DNA of 57,992 nt from NCBI GenBank assembly GCA_905235605.1, contig CAJOMF010000012.1, positions 1 to 57,992 of the forward strand. Direction: 5' to 3'. Shown here piece by piece: positions 9,680 through 18,942 of this stretch. The position numbers were made by a program, and so were the translations under genes. Each line of letters begins with the position of its first letter. The stretch's first letter is position 1. The DNA is from an uncultured bacterium (GTDB taxonomy: Bacteria; UBP6; UBA1177). Below the pieces are notes generated by a model. That model did no database searches, had not been told where the DNA came from, and saw only the letters and a list, made by a program, of their open reading frames with translations.

Positions 9680-9745
9680 CGGAAATACCGGTAATACCGG
9701 TTGCCGCCTTCGGGATACCGAGATCCCGAGATTCCGGGATTCCGG
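9680..9745. repeat. Short 8-9 bp tandem repeats between convergent genes
   Basis: cggaaatac/cggtaatac, then cgggatac/cgagatcc/cgagattc/cgggattc. Confidence 0.7.
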
Positions 9746-9760
9746 TAAAATTTTTGGCGG

Positions 9761-12325
9761 CTAAAGAGTCGTTACTGAACAGCCGCTGGATTTTTTCTTT
9801 GCCGGCTGATCGTCGTCAAGAGTCATGTCGTCGGAATCGTCAACAGTTTCAGTGTCACCGGTATCTGTGTCTTCATCGGATGCAGTATCTGTGTCAGAAT
9901 CGGTTTCATCATGTTCGTTGAGCGGAACGCATCTTGAGTTCGAGCATTTTGCGTTTTCGTCAACGCAGTCAAGGTCTTCTTCGCACGGCATGCCGCAGAT
10001 ATTTTCCTTTTCGTTGTAGAGTTTGTGGCATTTCATACTGTAACCGTAGCCGAAGTTCCTGCACTGGCTGTCGTCTTCGCAGCCTGGCAGGCAGAGATTC
10101 ATCTTGTATCCCTGGAAATTGACTTCTGCGCATTTGTTTGTGCCGTCTTCATCATCGTTGCAATGACCGTCGTCTCTGCACATTACGAGGCAGATACCGT
10201 CAGGTATTTCGGTCAGACACATCATTGCGTTGTATTTGCAGTCTTCGGTGGTTTCGCATGGTCCCATCGGTTCAGACGGAATGTTTTTGCAGATTTTTGA
10301 TTTTTTGTCGCAGTAAGCAGATTCCTGATTGCAGTCGTCGTCGGATTTGCACTCGGGAACGCATATCCCGAGCGTATCGTCGGTGCAGGCGAATCCTTCA
10401 GAACACGGGTGCTCCTTGTTGCATTCAAGGAAGCAGTCGGTCGAAGTCTGGGAATCTTCGTAAGCCTCGGTTCCGTCAGGGCATGCGAAACGGGTGTTTT
10501 TGATTACGCAGTAACCTTCGTTGAAATTGTATTTTTTGTATTCGCCGGTAAGACATTTTACATCTTCTTCAGCATAGTCCGCATTTGCGCAGTCTGCATC
10601 TTTCGAACATTTGCTGCTGACCTTTGAGATATCGTTTTCGAAGCCTTCGTCAACTCTGCCGTCGCAGTTGTCGTCAAGGTTGTTTTTTATCTCTTCGCCG
10701 GTGTTTTCACACATATCGAGACCTACAGCCATACGTACAGCCTTAAGAAGATTGAGTCTGCCGTAGCCGAACTTTATGCTGTGACCGTTTTCATCGTAGA
10801 AACCCGTTTCAGGATTTACTTTGTCGGCGCTTTTGTGAAGGATTTCGACCGCTTCTTCAAGGGTGAGTTCCGGGTTTACCGAAAAAAGTACGCCTAAAGC
10901 ACCGGTGATCACCGGAGTTGCCGAGGAAGTTCCGCTGAACTGGTTCGTGTAGTCCTTGTCAAGGTCGCCGTAGCCGACGAGGTAGCTTGTCGCGATTCCG
11001 ATAAGAGGATTCATCGAAAGTGACGGAGCTACGATATCGATCATTGAGCCGTAGTTCGAATATCTGACCCTGGTGTCCCAAGCCGATGAAGCTCCGACCG
11101 TGATAACGCTTGGCGAAACCTGTTTGCCGTCTCTTTCGAATTCGAACTTATACTTCAGAATACCGGTATAGCTCGCGTCGACGCCGTCGTTTCCGCTTGC
11201 ATAAACGATAGCGCCGCCCTTACCGTTTCTGCCCTCTTTGATGAACTTCATGTGGCTGTCGATCTCGCCCTGTGAAGCGGGGATATCGCCGAAACCGGCC
11301 ATCGGACCGAAAGAGCAGTTGATTGCAACGATCGAGGGATCTTCAACATATTTCGTGTAAGCAGCCATAAGTTTTTTATCGCTGGAACTTTCCTGTGTTC
11401 CTATGCCGCCTTCCATGTAGGTTACAGGGTAGATCCCGCACCACGGGCAGATCCCGACAGTTCCGATCTCGTTGCCTTCAGCTGCAGCAACGCCTGCACA
11501 GTTTGTTCCGTGCGAATATCCCGATGTTCCGTACATTCCGGTGTTTTCGATCTTTCCGGGGTTTCCCGTTTCGCCCTCGTGGACCATGTTGTAACCGTCG
11601 TCGAGTTTGTTTTTGAGATCCGGATGTGCGAAATCGACACCGCTGTCCATGATCGCGACCTTTGCTGCTTCAAAATTTTCAAGCTCGCCGGCATCGATTT
11701 TTTCTGAGATAAGCTCGATCGCGTCGTCAAATTTTACATCGGCGTTCTTGAGTGTGTCGATCTCTTTGTTGTAAACATTGATGCCTTTGCCGGTGTTTTT
11801 GAGAGACCATTGATAATTATCCTTATAATATTTGTCCTCTACCGGGTATTTTACGGCTTTTTCTAGAAACTGCGCACGGCGGATAATGTTCGGGAAAGCA
11901 AATCCGTCGCCGTTTTCAACGATCTGCTGAGCGGTTTTTACGCTGTCGGATGCTCCGTCAAACTCGATGTAATCGTATCCGCTTACCAGCTCGCTGACCT
12001 TCAAATTGTATTTTTTTGCAATAAAATCAGCAGATTTGCTGCCTCTGTAAAAAATGATCGAATCTGCTACGACCATGTGTCCGTTAATAAAGTAAATCGG
12101 CAGATTTCCCTTGGAATCCTTCTGCATAACGATCATCTGGTCGCCGTGAGACCACTGGAAAACATAGTTCTCAGGCGCTTTTACGCTTACTCTGTCAAGT
12201 TTCAGAGCATAAATACCATCATTCTTTTTCACCTCGAAAAACGTTCCGTCGCTTCTGTAGACCTTTTCTGCGAACAAAGTCATGCAGAAAAGCGTCGCGA
12301 GCGTGAAAAGCATAAACTTTTTCAT
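9761..12325 (-). CDS. Secreted S8 (subtilisin-like) serine peptidase with Cys-rich repeats
   Basis: Signal peptide; catalytic AIMDSG, HGTNCAG, GTSSATP; NNLDDNCDGRVDEG motif; many C..D.DC repeats; Asp/Thr-rich linker; KKKSSGCSVTTL tail. Confidence 0.9.
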   Translation of the reverse strand: MKKFMLFTLATLFCMTLFAEKVYRSDGTFFEVKKNDGIYALKLDRVSVKAPENYVFQWSHGDQMIVMQKDSKGNLPIYFINGHMVVADSIIFYRGSKSADFIAKKYNLKVSELVSGYDYIEFDGASDSVKTAQQIVENGDGFAFPNIIRRAQFLEKAVKYPVEDKYYKDNYQWSLKNTGKGINVYNKEIDTLKNADVKFDDAIELISEKIDAGELENFEAAKVAIMDSGVDFAHPDLKNKLDDGYNMVHEGETGNPGKIENTGMYGTSGYSHGTNCAGVAAAEGNEIGTVGICPWCGIYPVTYMEGGIGTQESSSDKKLMAAYTKYVEDPSIVAINCSFGPMAGFGDIPASQGEIDSHMKFIKEGRNGKGGAIVYASGNDGVDASYTGILKYKFEFERDGKQVSPSVITVGASSAWDTRVRYSNYGSMIDIVAPSLSMNPLIGIATSYLVGYGDLDKDYTNQFSGTSSATPVITGALGVLFSVNPELTLEEAVEILHKSADKVNPETGFYDENGHSIKFGYGRLNLLKAVRMAVGLDMCENTGEEIKNNLDDNCDGRVDEGFENDISKVSSKCSKDADCANADYAEEDVKCLTGEYKKYNFNEGYCVIKNTRFACPDGTEAYEDSQTSTDCFLECNKEHPCSEGFACTDDTLGICVPECKSDDDCNQESAYCDKKSKICKNIPSEPMGPCETTEDCKYNAMMCLTEIPDGICLVMCRDDGHCNDDEDGTNKCAEVNFQGYKMNLCLPGCEDDSQCRNFGYGYSMKCHKLYNEKENICGMPCEEDLDCVDENAKCSNSRCVPLNEHDETDSDTDTASDEDTDTGDTETVDDSDDMTLDDDQPAKKKSSGCSVTTL

Positions 12326-12408
12326 GATTCCTCCTAAAAAACAGTTAAAAACACTGTATTTGCAAGCAAAAATTGAGCTGATATTTTTTGTTGAACAAAA
12401 TCAATGGC

Positions 12409-12903
12409 TTATGCGTCTCTCCCACAGCATTTTTTGTATTTTTTGCCGCTTCCGCAAGGGCACGGATCGTTTCTCCCGACTTTCGGAGTTTCGCGTCGTA
12501 CCTGCTCCGGCATGATCTGCGTTCCGTCCTCGAAGAACCACTTTCCGTCGATTTTCTTGAACATCGCATGCTCGTGATGGCACTGCATAACGCCGTCAAG
12601 CAGGGAAAACGCCTTGAAATCGACACTTCCTGTCTCGTCGTCTTTGCCGCCCGCTTCAGTTCCGGTGATTTCGAGTTTTTTCCAGTCGGTCTTTTTCGAC
12701 CATCTTTCGACAGCATCACGTGTCATGTTGCCCGTCTGGTCGGGAACGACGGTATCCATAATGAAATCTATTTCGTGAGCCGCAAAAGCCGAGTACCTTG
12801 CACGCATCAGCTCCTCAGCTGTTTCAGCAACTTTTCTGCCCTTGATCACCGGTTCGCAGCACTCTTCATAATTTTTTCCGCTTCCGCAGTAACATTCAGC
12901 CAT
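12409..12903 (-). CDS. ychJ: YchJ-family SEC-C domain protein
   Basis: [26 protein letters not shown] and [18 protein letters not shown] motifs. Confidence 0.92.
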   Translation of the reverse strand: MAECYCGSGKNYEECCEPVIKGRKVAETAEELMRARYSAFAAHEIDFIMDTVVPDQTGNMTRDAVERWSKKTDWKKLEITGTEAGGKDDETGSVDFKAFSLLDGVMQCHHEHAMFKKIDGKWFFEDGTQIMPEQVRRETPKVGRNDPCPCGSGKKYKKCCGRDA

Positions 12904-12912
12904 TTTTTCCTC

Positions 12913-13446
12913 CTACTTCAAAATCCATTTTTTATCTTCCTTTGAAAACTCGAACTCCGATTTTTCAACAGTGCTTTCGGGTTTTATATACTGTTTGTCG
13001 GCGAGCGGCTTGAAAATTTCGTAAAGTTCGCCCCCGCAGACCGTTTTGACCTGATATTCCGCCATCGCGAATTTGCCTTTGTTCACGATCCCGTTGAAAC
13101 GGTCGAAAACCGTCGAGCATACTTCGACTGTGCAGCGGTTTTTCTCGCATTTGAATATTTTTTTACCCTCTTCGGTCGCTTCGAACATCGGCATTTTCTT
13201 TCCTGCCGCTTCGACAAAAACGTCATCTTTGAAAGTGAGATATTTTCCGGTCGCAATCGCTTTGTAGACCGGTTTGTAGCTCGGATCTGTCATCGCACCG
13301 AGATAGAACGAAACGCTGCGGCCCGGCATTTTTGCAAGACGCTCCTTAATCAGCGCTTCCGCCGTTTCCGGTTTGAGCGAGTTGTCTTCGCCGCATGAAA
13401 CGAGCAGAAGTAAAATAATGGAAACAAGGATCAAAACCTTTTTCAT
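12913..13446 (-). CDS. Hypothetical lipoprotein
   Basis: MKK plus hydrophobic segment and lipobox LVSC; GAGG RBS before ATG 13446. Confidence 0.7.
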   Translation of the reverse strand: MKKVLILVSIILLLLVSCGEDNSLKPETAEALIKERLAKMPGRSVSFYLGAMTDPSYKPVYKAIATGKYLTFKDDVFVEAAGKKMPMFEATEEGKKIFKCEKNRCTVEVCSTVFDRFNGIVNKGKFAMAEYQVKTVCGGELYEIFKPLADKQYIKPESTVEKSEFEFSKEDKKWILK

Positions 13447-13527
13447 AGTAAACCTCAAAAAATAGAGAACCTCAATTCCGCGAATGGTAGTTGTTTTTCT
13501 AAGAATGTCCATTTTTAGCCGTTTGCC

Positions 13528-13688
13528 GTTATCTTGAGCAACGCGAAAGATCTCTTGTCATGTTGAGACTTGCCGGAATCTCTCTCGTCATCTTGAACGA
13601 ATGTGAAAGATCTCTTAGATTCTTCGCTTCACTCAGAATGACAAACAGATTCTTCGCTTCACTCAGAATGACAAACAGATTCTTCGCT
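13528..13688. repeat. REP-like cluster with a 30-bp tandem repeat
   Basis: AGATTCTTCGCTTCACTCAGAATGACAAAC x2 plus a partial copy (13617-13688), preceded by degenerate inverted units such as gtcatcttgaacgaatgtgaaagatct. Confidence 0.85.
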
Positions 13689-13751
13689 ATTTTTTTCTAT
13701 TTGTGTATAATCCCGCGTTTTTGGTATTTATTTTTTAGAAAGAGGTTGAAT

Positions 13752-14798
13752 ATGACTGAATTTAACGGCGCAACACTGATGATCACGGGCGGAACGGGCT
13801 CTTTCGGGAACACGGTGCTGAAACATTTCCTCACTTCCGATATCGCGCAGATACGCATTTTTTCGCGTGACGAGAAAAAGCAGGACGATATGCGTCACGA
13901 CTTGCAGGCGAAATATCCCGATCATGCAAAAAAAGTTAAGTTTTATGTCGGAGATGTCAGAGATCCGCGCTCTCTTGCCGATGCGATGCCGGGTGTCGAC
14001 TATATTTTTCATGCAGCTGCACTGAAACAGGTGCCAAGTTGCGAATTTTTCCCGATGCAGGCAGTAAAGACCAATGTCGAAGGAACCGACAACATGCTTC
14101 ATGCAGCAATAAATGCCGGTGTAAAGCGCGTCGTCTGCCTCAGTACCGACAAGGCTGCCTACCCGATCAACGCGATGGGTATCAGCAAGGCGATGATGGA
14201 ACACGTCATCTATGCAAACGCGAGAGTCGCGGCAGAACGCGGCGGAACAGTCATCTGCTGCACCCGTTACGGCAACGTAATGTGTTCGCGCGGCTCGGTA
14301 ATCCCTCTTTTCATCGACCAGATCCACGCCGGAAACCCGATAACGATAACCGATCCCAACATGACGCGTTTCCTGATGAACCTCGACGAGGCGGTAGAAC
14401 TTGTCAGATTTGCTTTCGGTCACGCTAATCCGGGCGATCTTTTCATTCAGAAAGCTGATGCATCGACTATCGGAGATCTGGCAAAAGCTGTGCAAAGACT
14501 TTTCGGTGACACCGGAACGAACATTATCGGAACGCGCCACGGCGAAAAACTTTACGAGACCCTCATGACAAGAGAGGAAAGGCTCCGTTCTGAAGATATG
14601 GGAAAATACTTCCGCGTCGCAGCCGATAACCGCGACCTCAACTACGACAAATTTTTCGTCAAAGGCGAAGTCCACACAATGGCTGACGAGGCTTACACGA
14701 GCCACAACACGAACAGGCTTGACGTTGACGGCACTGTCGAAAAGATAAAGACCGCCGACTATGTCAAAGAGGAACTTCAGGGCATCCGCCACAACTAA
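13752..14798 (+). CDS. fnlA: UDP-GlcNAc 4,6-dehydratase (FnlA/WbjB/CapE)
   Basis: TGGTGSFG, SRDEKKQDDMR, HAAALKQVPSCEFFP, STDKAAYPINAMG and SHNT motifs. Confidence 0.92.
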   Translation: MTEFNGATLMITGGTGSFGNTVLKHFLTSDIAQIRIFSRDEKKQDDMRHDLQAKYPDHAKKVKFYVGDVRDPRSLADAMPGVDYIFHAAALKQVPSCEFFPMQAVKTNVEGTDNMLHAAINAGVKRVVCLSTDKAAYPINAMGISKAMMEHVIYANARVAAERGGTVICCTRYGNVMCSRGSVIPLFIDQIHAGNPITITDPNMTRFLMNLDEAVELVRFAFGHANPGDLFIQKADASTIGDLAKAVQRLFGDTGTNIIGTRHGEKLYETLMTREERLRSEDMGKYFRVAADNRDLNYDKFFVKGEVHTMADEAYTSHNTNRLDVDGTVEKIKTADYVKEELQGIRHN

Positions 14799-14808
14799 AG
14801 AGGCTTCA

Positions 14809-16050
14809 ATGAACGTGCTTATAACCGGAGCGGCTGGTTTCGTGGGGCGCAATCTTGTTGAAAATCTCAAAAATATACGCGACGGCAAAAATAGAACGAG
14901 ACCGGCTCTTTCAATCGGAGAAATTTTTGAATATGACCTCGGGAACACCTCATCAGAACTAGACGAATGGTGCTCAAAAGCCGATTTCGTCTTCAATCTT
15001 GCCGGTGTCAACAGGCCGAAAGATCCGAAAGAGTTCCGTGAAGGAAATTTCGGATTCGCTTCGACGCTTCTGGATACGCTCAAAAAACATGGAAACCCTG
15101 CTCCGGTAATGCTTTCGAGCTCTCTGCAGGCGACTTTAGCTGGGAGGTTCGGAACTTCGGAATACGGTCTCAGCAAAAAGGCCGGTGAAGAACTTTTTTT
15201 CGATTACGCCAAAGAAACAGGTGCAGAAGTTTTCGTCTACCGCTTCCCAAACCTAGTCGGAAAGTGGGTGAGACCCAACTACAACAGCGCGGTCGGGACA
15301 TTCTGCAACAACATCGCGAACGATCTTCCGATAACGGTGAATGATCCCAATGTCGTGCTTGAAATGCTTTTTATTGACGATTTGATCGACGAGATGCTTG
15401 ACGCGATGGAAGGTCATCCGCACAGATGTGACTATCCCGCTGCTGGCGAAGTCGTTGAGGGCATTGAATTTGACGGACTCACACCGCTTTGGAGCGAAAC
15501 TGGCAGATACTGCGGAGCGAAAGTCACTCACAAAGCGACTCTGGGCTATATCGTTGAGTGCCTGAACAAGTTCCACGACCAGCCGCAAACGCTTGTTATG
15601 CCCGAAATTGCGCCTGCTAGTTTCGAAAAAAAACTCTATTCGATGTACCTCAGTTATCTTCCGAAAGAAAAAGTTGCGTTTGACCTCAAAATGAACTGCG
15701 ACGAAAGAGGTTCTTTTACCGAAATAATGAAGACATTCGACCACGGACAGTTTTCGGTGAATATCAGTAAACCCGGCATAACAAAAGGGGAGCACTGGCA
15801 TAACACGAAGTGGGAGTTCTTCATCGTTGTCAGCGGTCACGGACTCATTCAGGAACGCAGGATCGGAAGCGGCGAAGTGATCGAATTCGAGGTGAGCGGC
15901 GAAAAGATCCAGGCAGTTCACATGCTTCCGGGTTACACTCACAACATCATAAATCTTTCCAAAACCGAGAATTTAGTCACGCTGATGTGGGCGAACGAGA
16001 CTTTCGACCCTGCTCATCCAGATACATTTTTTGAAAAAGTCGTGAAATAG
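14809..16050 (+). CDS. fnlB: UDP-2-acetamido-2,6-dideoxy-hexulose reductase with cupin domain (FnlB/WbjC/CapF)
   Basis: GAAGFVG, LAGVNRP, RPNYNS, DERGSFTE, PGITKGEHWH motifs. Confidence 0.92.
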   Translation: MNVLITGAAGFVGRNLVENLKNIRDGKNRTRPALSIGEIFEYDLGNTSSELDEWCSKADFVFNLAGVNRPKDPKEFREGNFGFASTLLDTLKKHGNPAPVMLSSSLQATLAGRFGTSEYGLSKKAGEELFFDYAKETGAEVFVYRFPNLVGKWVRPNYNSAVGTFCNNIANDLPITVNDPNVVLEMLFIDDLIDEMLDAMEGHPHRCDYPAAGEVVEGIEFDGLTPLWSETGRYCGAKVTHKATLGYIVECLNKFHDQPQTLVMPEIAPASFEKKLYSMYLSYLPKEKVAFDLKMNCDERGSFTEIMKTFDHGQFSVNISKPGITKGEHWHNTKWEFFIVVSGHGLIQERRIGSGEVIEFEVSGEKIQAVHMLPGYTHNIINLSKTENLVTLMWANETFDPAHPDTFFEKVVK

Positions 16051-16058
16051 GAGGAAAA

Positions 16059-17222
16059 ATGGCAAACTGGAAAAACAACGGAAAACTGAAACTTCTGATA
16101 ATCGTAGGCACGAGGCCCGAGATCATCCGCCTTGCCGCGGTGATCAAAAAGTGCAGGAAGTATTTTGACACGATCCTCGCCCACACCGGTCAGAACTACG
16201 ATTACAATTTGAACGGTGTCTTTTTTCACGACCTCGAACTTGAAAATCCGGAAGTCTACATGGATGCAGTCGGCGAAAATTTAGGTCAGACAATGGGAAA
16301 CATCATCGCGAAAAGCTACGAGCTCATGGTCGAGCTTATGCCGGACGCGGTTTTGGTGCTCGGCGACACAAACAGCTGTCTTTCAGTCATCGGCGCAAAA
16401 CGGCTGCACATCCCGATTTTCCACATGGAAGCCGGCAACCGCTGCAAGGACGAATGCCTTCCCGAAGAAACGAACCGCCGCATCGTGGACATCATTTCCG
16501 ACGTGAACATGGCTTATTCTGAACATGCCCGCAGATACCTTGCCGACTGCGGTCTGCCGAAGGAACGCACTTATGTCACAGGTTCCCCGATGGCTGAAGT
16601 GCTTCACTCAAATCTTGCAAAGATCGAAGCCTCGGACATTCACGAGAAACTCGGCCTCAAAAAAGGAAAATACATCCTTCTTTCGGCTCACAGAGAGGAG
16701 AATATCGATACCGAAAAGAATTTCACGAGCCTATTTAGTGCGATAAACGCGATGGCTGAAAAATACGACATGCCGATCCTTTACAGCTGCCACCCGAGAA
16801 GCCGCAAAAGGCTTGGAGCAAGCGGATTTAAGCTTGACAAGCGCGTCATCCAGCATGCTCCGCTCGGCTTCCACGACTACAACTGTCTGCAGATGAACGC
16901 TTTCTGCGTCGTTTCCGATTCGGGAACTCTTCCCGAAGAAAGCAGCTTTTTCACATCAGTCGGACATCCGTTCCCTGCAGTCTGCATCAGGACTTCGACC
17001 GAACGCCCTGAAGCGCTTGACAAAGCGTGTTTCATCCTCTCAGGAATCGATACTCTCGGACTTTTGCAGGCAGTCGATACCGCAGTCGAAATGGTGAAAA
17101 ACGAGCAAAACGGCGGCGCTATCCCCGTTCCCGACTACACCGATGAAAACGTCTCCGACAAAGTAGTCAAAATCATCCAGAGCTACACCGGCATCGTCAA
17201 CAGAATGGTGTGGAGAAAGTAG
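16059..17222 (+). CDS. fnlC: Non-hydrolysing UDP-sugar 2-epimerase (FnlC/WbjD/CapG)
   Basis: GTRPEIIRL, HTGQNYD, HMEAGNRC, PEETNRR and TERPE motifs; third gene of the fnl trio. Confidence 0.92.
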   Translation: MANWKNNGKLKLLIIVGTRPEIIRLAAVIKKCRKYFDTILAHTGQNYDYNLNGVFFHDLELENPEVYMDAVGENLGQTMGNIIAKSYELMVELMPDAVLVLGDTNSCLSVIGAKRLHIPIFHMEAGNRCKDECLPEETNRRIVDIISDVNMAYSEHARRYLADCGLPKERTYVTGSPMAEVLHSNLAKIEASDIHEKLGLKKGKYILLSAHREENIDTEKNFTSLFSAINAMAEKYDMPILYSCHPRSRKRLGASGFKLDKRVIQHAPLGFHDYNCLQMNAFCVVSDSGTLPEESSFFTSVGHPFPAVCIRTSTERPEALDKACFILSGIDTLGLLQAVDTAVEMVKNEQNGGAIPVPDYTDENVSDKVVKIIQSYTGIVNRMVWRK

Positions 17223-17287
17223 TTTCCCCAAAAAACAACTTTCTCTCATAACACTTGTTATTTTTTTTGCCGCTTTTTATATTTTTA

Positions 17288-17316
17288 TTGACTTTATAGG
17301 TATGATATGATATAAA
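17288..17316 (+). promoter_or_regulatory. Sigma70 promoter of the AbiE pair
   Basis: TTGACT-17 bp-TATAAA with extended -10 TG. Confidence 0.6.
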
Positions 17317-17339
17317 ACGGTGTAAGTGGAGGTTTTTAA

Positions 17340-17957
17340 ATGAGATTTTATGACTGGCTTTTAGAAAAATACGGCTACAACGAGCCGATTTTCACGAGCG
17401 AAATAGAGTTCGAGGATTATTCGCGTCCGTGGATATTCAAAGAGTTGAACCAACTTTGCAGAAAAGGGCTGCTTGCCCGTTACGACAAAGGCGTCTGCTA
17501 TATTCCGAAAACGACTTTTTTAGGAAAGACGCTTCTTGATCCGAGAAAAGTCATTACTAAAAAATATATTTCCGCTAACGGTGATGTTGTCGGATATTAT
17601 TCAGGAAACACCTTGCTCAACCTGATGGATCTCTCCACTCAGATGTCGAACAGCATTGAAATTTACACGAATAATGAAAAAACAAAAATAAGGGAGATAA
17701 AAATCGGTTCCCAAAAGGTGATACTGCGGCGCTCCAGAGCGAAAGTCACCAGGGAAAACTCAGCTGTCATGCAGCTTTTAGAACTGATGAATTTTTCTTC
17801 CGCTGAATTTTTTGACAAAGAGCGTAAAGACATTGTCTGCAATTTTATAAAAGAGAAAAACATAACGCGCAAAATGATAAGCGAATATGCGCCGTTTTTT
17901 CCTGACAAGGCGATCCGAAACCTGATAACGAGCGAGGTGATATACAGTGTTGCATAA
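17340..17957 (+). CDS. AbiEi-like (DUF6088-type) antitoxin/transcriptional regulator
   Basis: N-terminal wHTH-like region with GVCYIPK and GYYSG...N.M.LSTQ motifs; overlaps the downstream nucleotidyltransferase. Confidence 0.75.
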   Translation: MRFYDWLLEKYGYNEPIFTSEIEFEDYSRPWIFKELNQLCRKGLLARYDKGVCYIPKTTFLGKTLLDPRKVITKKYISANGDVVGYYSGNTLLNLMDLSTQMSNSIEIYTNNEKTKIREIKIGSQKVILRRSRAKVTRENSAVMQLLELMNFSSAEFFDKERKDIVCNFIKEKNITRKMISEYAPFFPDKAIRNLITSEVIYSVA

Positions 17958-18849
17958 AGACCGCGAGATTTTTGAAGATATTCTGCTGAGAGTTTCGGGC
18001 GAATACGGCATAGATGCCGCCATAATAGAAAAAGATTATTATGTTACTCTGCTGCTGAAAAACATAGCCGAGCTTGTTCCAGAGATCATTTTCAAAGGCG
18101 GGACATCTTTGTCGAAATGCTACCGGCTGATAGAAAGATTTTCCGAAGACATCGACCTTTCCATATTTGAAGAAGTGAAGCCGCCTGAAAGCAGGAGACG
18201 CAAGCTGAAGGAAGGTATTGTCAAAGCAGTAGAACTTTCGGAACTGACGCTTGAAAACAAGGATGACATCAGAAGCCGCCGCGATTTTAACCGCTATATC
18301 ATAGCCTATCCGTCAGTTTTTTCTTCGTCAGCAGTAAAACCTAAACTTATCGTTGAAACTGCTGTTTTTACAGGGATATATCCGACAGAAATACAAACCG
18401 TCGGAAATTATATTTTTGATTATCTCAGCAAAAACAACGCGCTTAATTTCGTCGATACAACTACCTTAAGACCGTTTCCGATAAAAGTTCAGAAGCCTGA
18501 AAGGACCTTCATCGACAAGGTTTTTGCTCTGTGCGACTATCATCTTGCAGGCAGTCACGAGCAGCATTCACGACACATATACGATATTTACCGACTTTTC
18601 GGAATCATAAAAATCGACGAATCTTTGAAAGAACTCATCGAAAAAGTCAGAAAAGAACGGAAATCGCTGCAGATGTGCCCTTCAGCGCAGGACGGTGTCG
18701 ATATAAACGCGCTACTTGAAGAAATAATCGGCAAAGATGCCTACAAAGCTGATTATAACAACACAACATATAGGCTGCTTTTCAAAAAAGTGCCGTATGA
18801 AGAAGCGGTAGAAGTTTTAAGAAAGATCACAAAATCGAGGCTTTTTTAA
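17947..18849 (+). CDS. abiEii: AbiEii/AbiGii nucleotidyltransferase toxin
   Basis: IEKDY, FKGGTSLSK, RFSEDIDL and RHIYD motifs. Confidence 0.9.
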   Translation: MLHKDREIFEDILLRVSGEYGIDAAIIEKDYYVTLLLKNIAELVPEIIFKGGTSLSKCYRLIERFSEDIDLSIFEEVKPPESRRRKLKEGIVKAVELSELTLENKDDIRSRRDFNRYIIAYPSVFSSSAVKPKLIVETAVFTGIYPTEIQTVGNYIFDYLSKNNALNFVDTTTLRPFPIKVQKPERTFIDKVFALCDYHLAGSHEQHSRHIYDIYRLFGIIKIDESLKELIEKVRKERKSLQMCPSAQDGVDINALLEEIIGKDAYKADYNNTTYRLLFKKVPYEEAVEVLRKITKSRLF

Positions 18850-18942
18850 TGTTTTTTTTCACAGTATTCCCGAGAATCTCGAAATTGAAAAAAATTTCAA
18901 TATGATGCACTGTTTTTTTTGCTTGACTGAATGAGGTTGATT

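Noticed and set aside
13617-13688. 30-bp direct repeats as a CRISPR array
   Set aside because: Units are head-to-tail with no unique spacers, and no cas genes are present
13560-13751. N-terminal extension of FnlA (RFFASLRMTN x2) in the ORF track
   Set aside because: It is translated REP-like repeat; the RBS (AGAGG) and homology start at ATG 13752
13728-15176. 482-aa minus-strand ORF
   Set aside because: Antisense shadow of fnlA/fnlB
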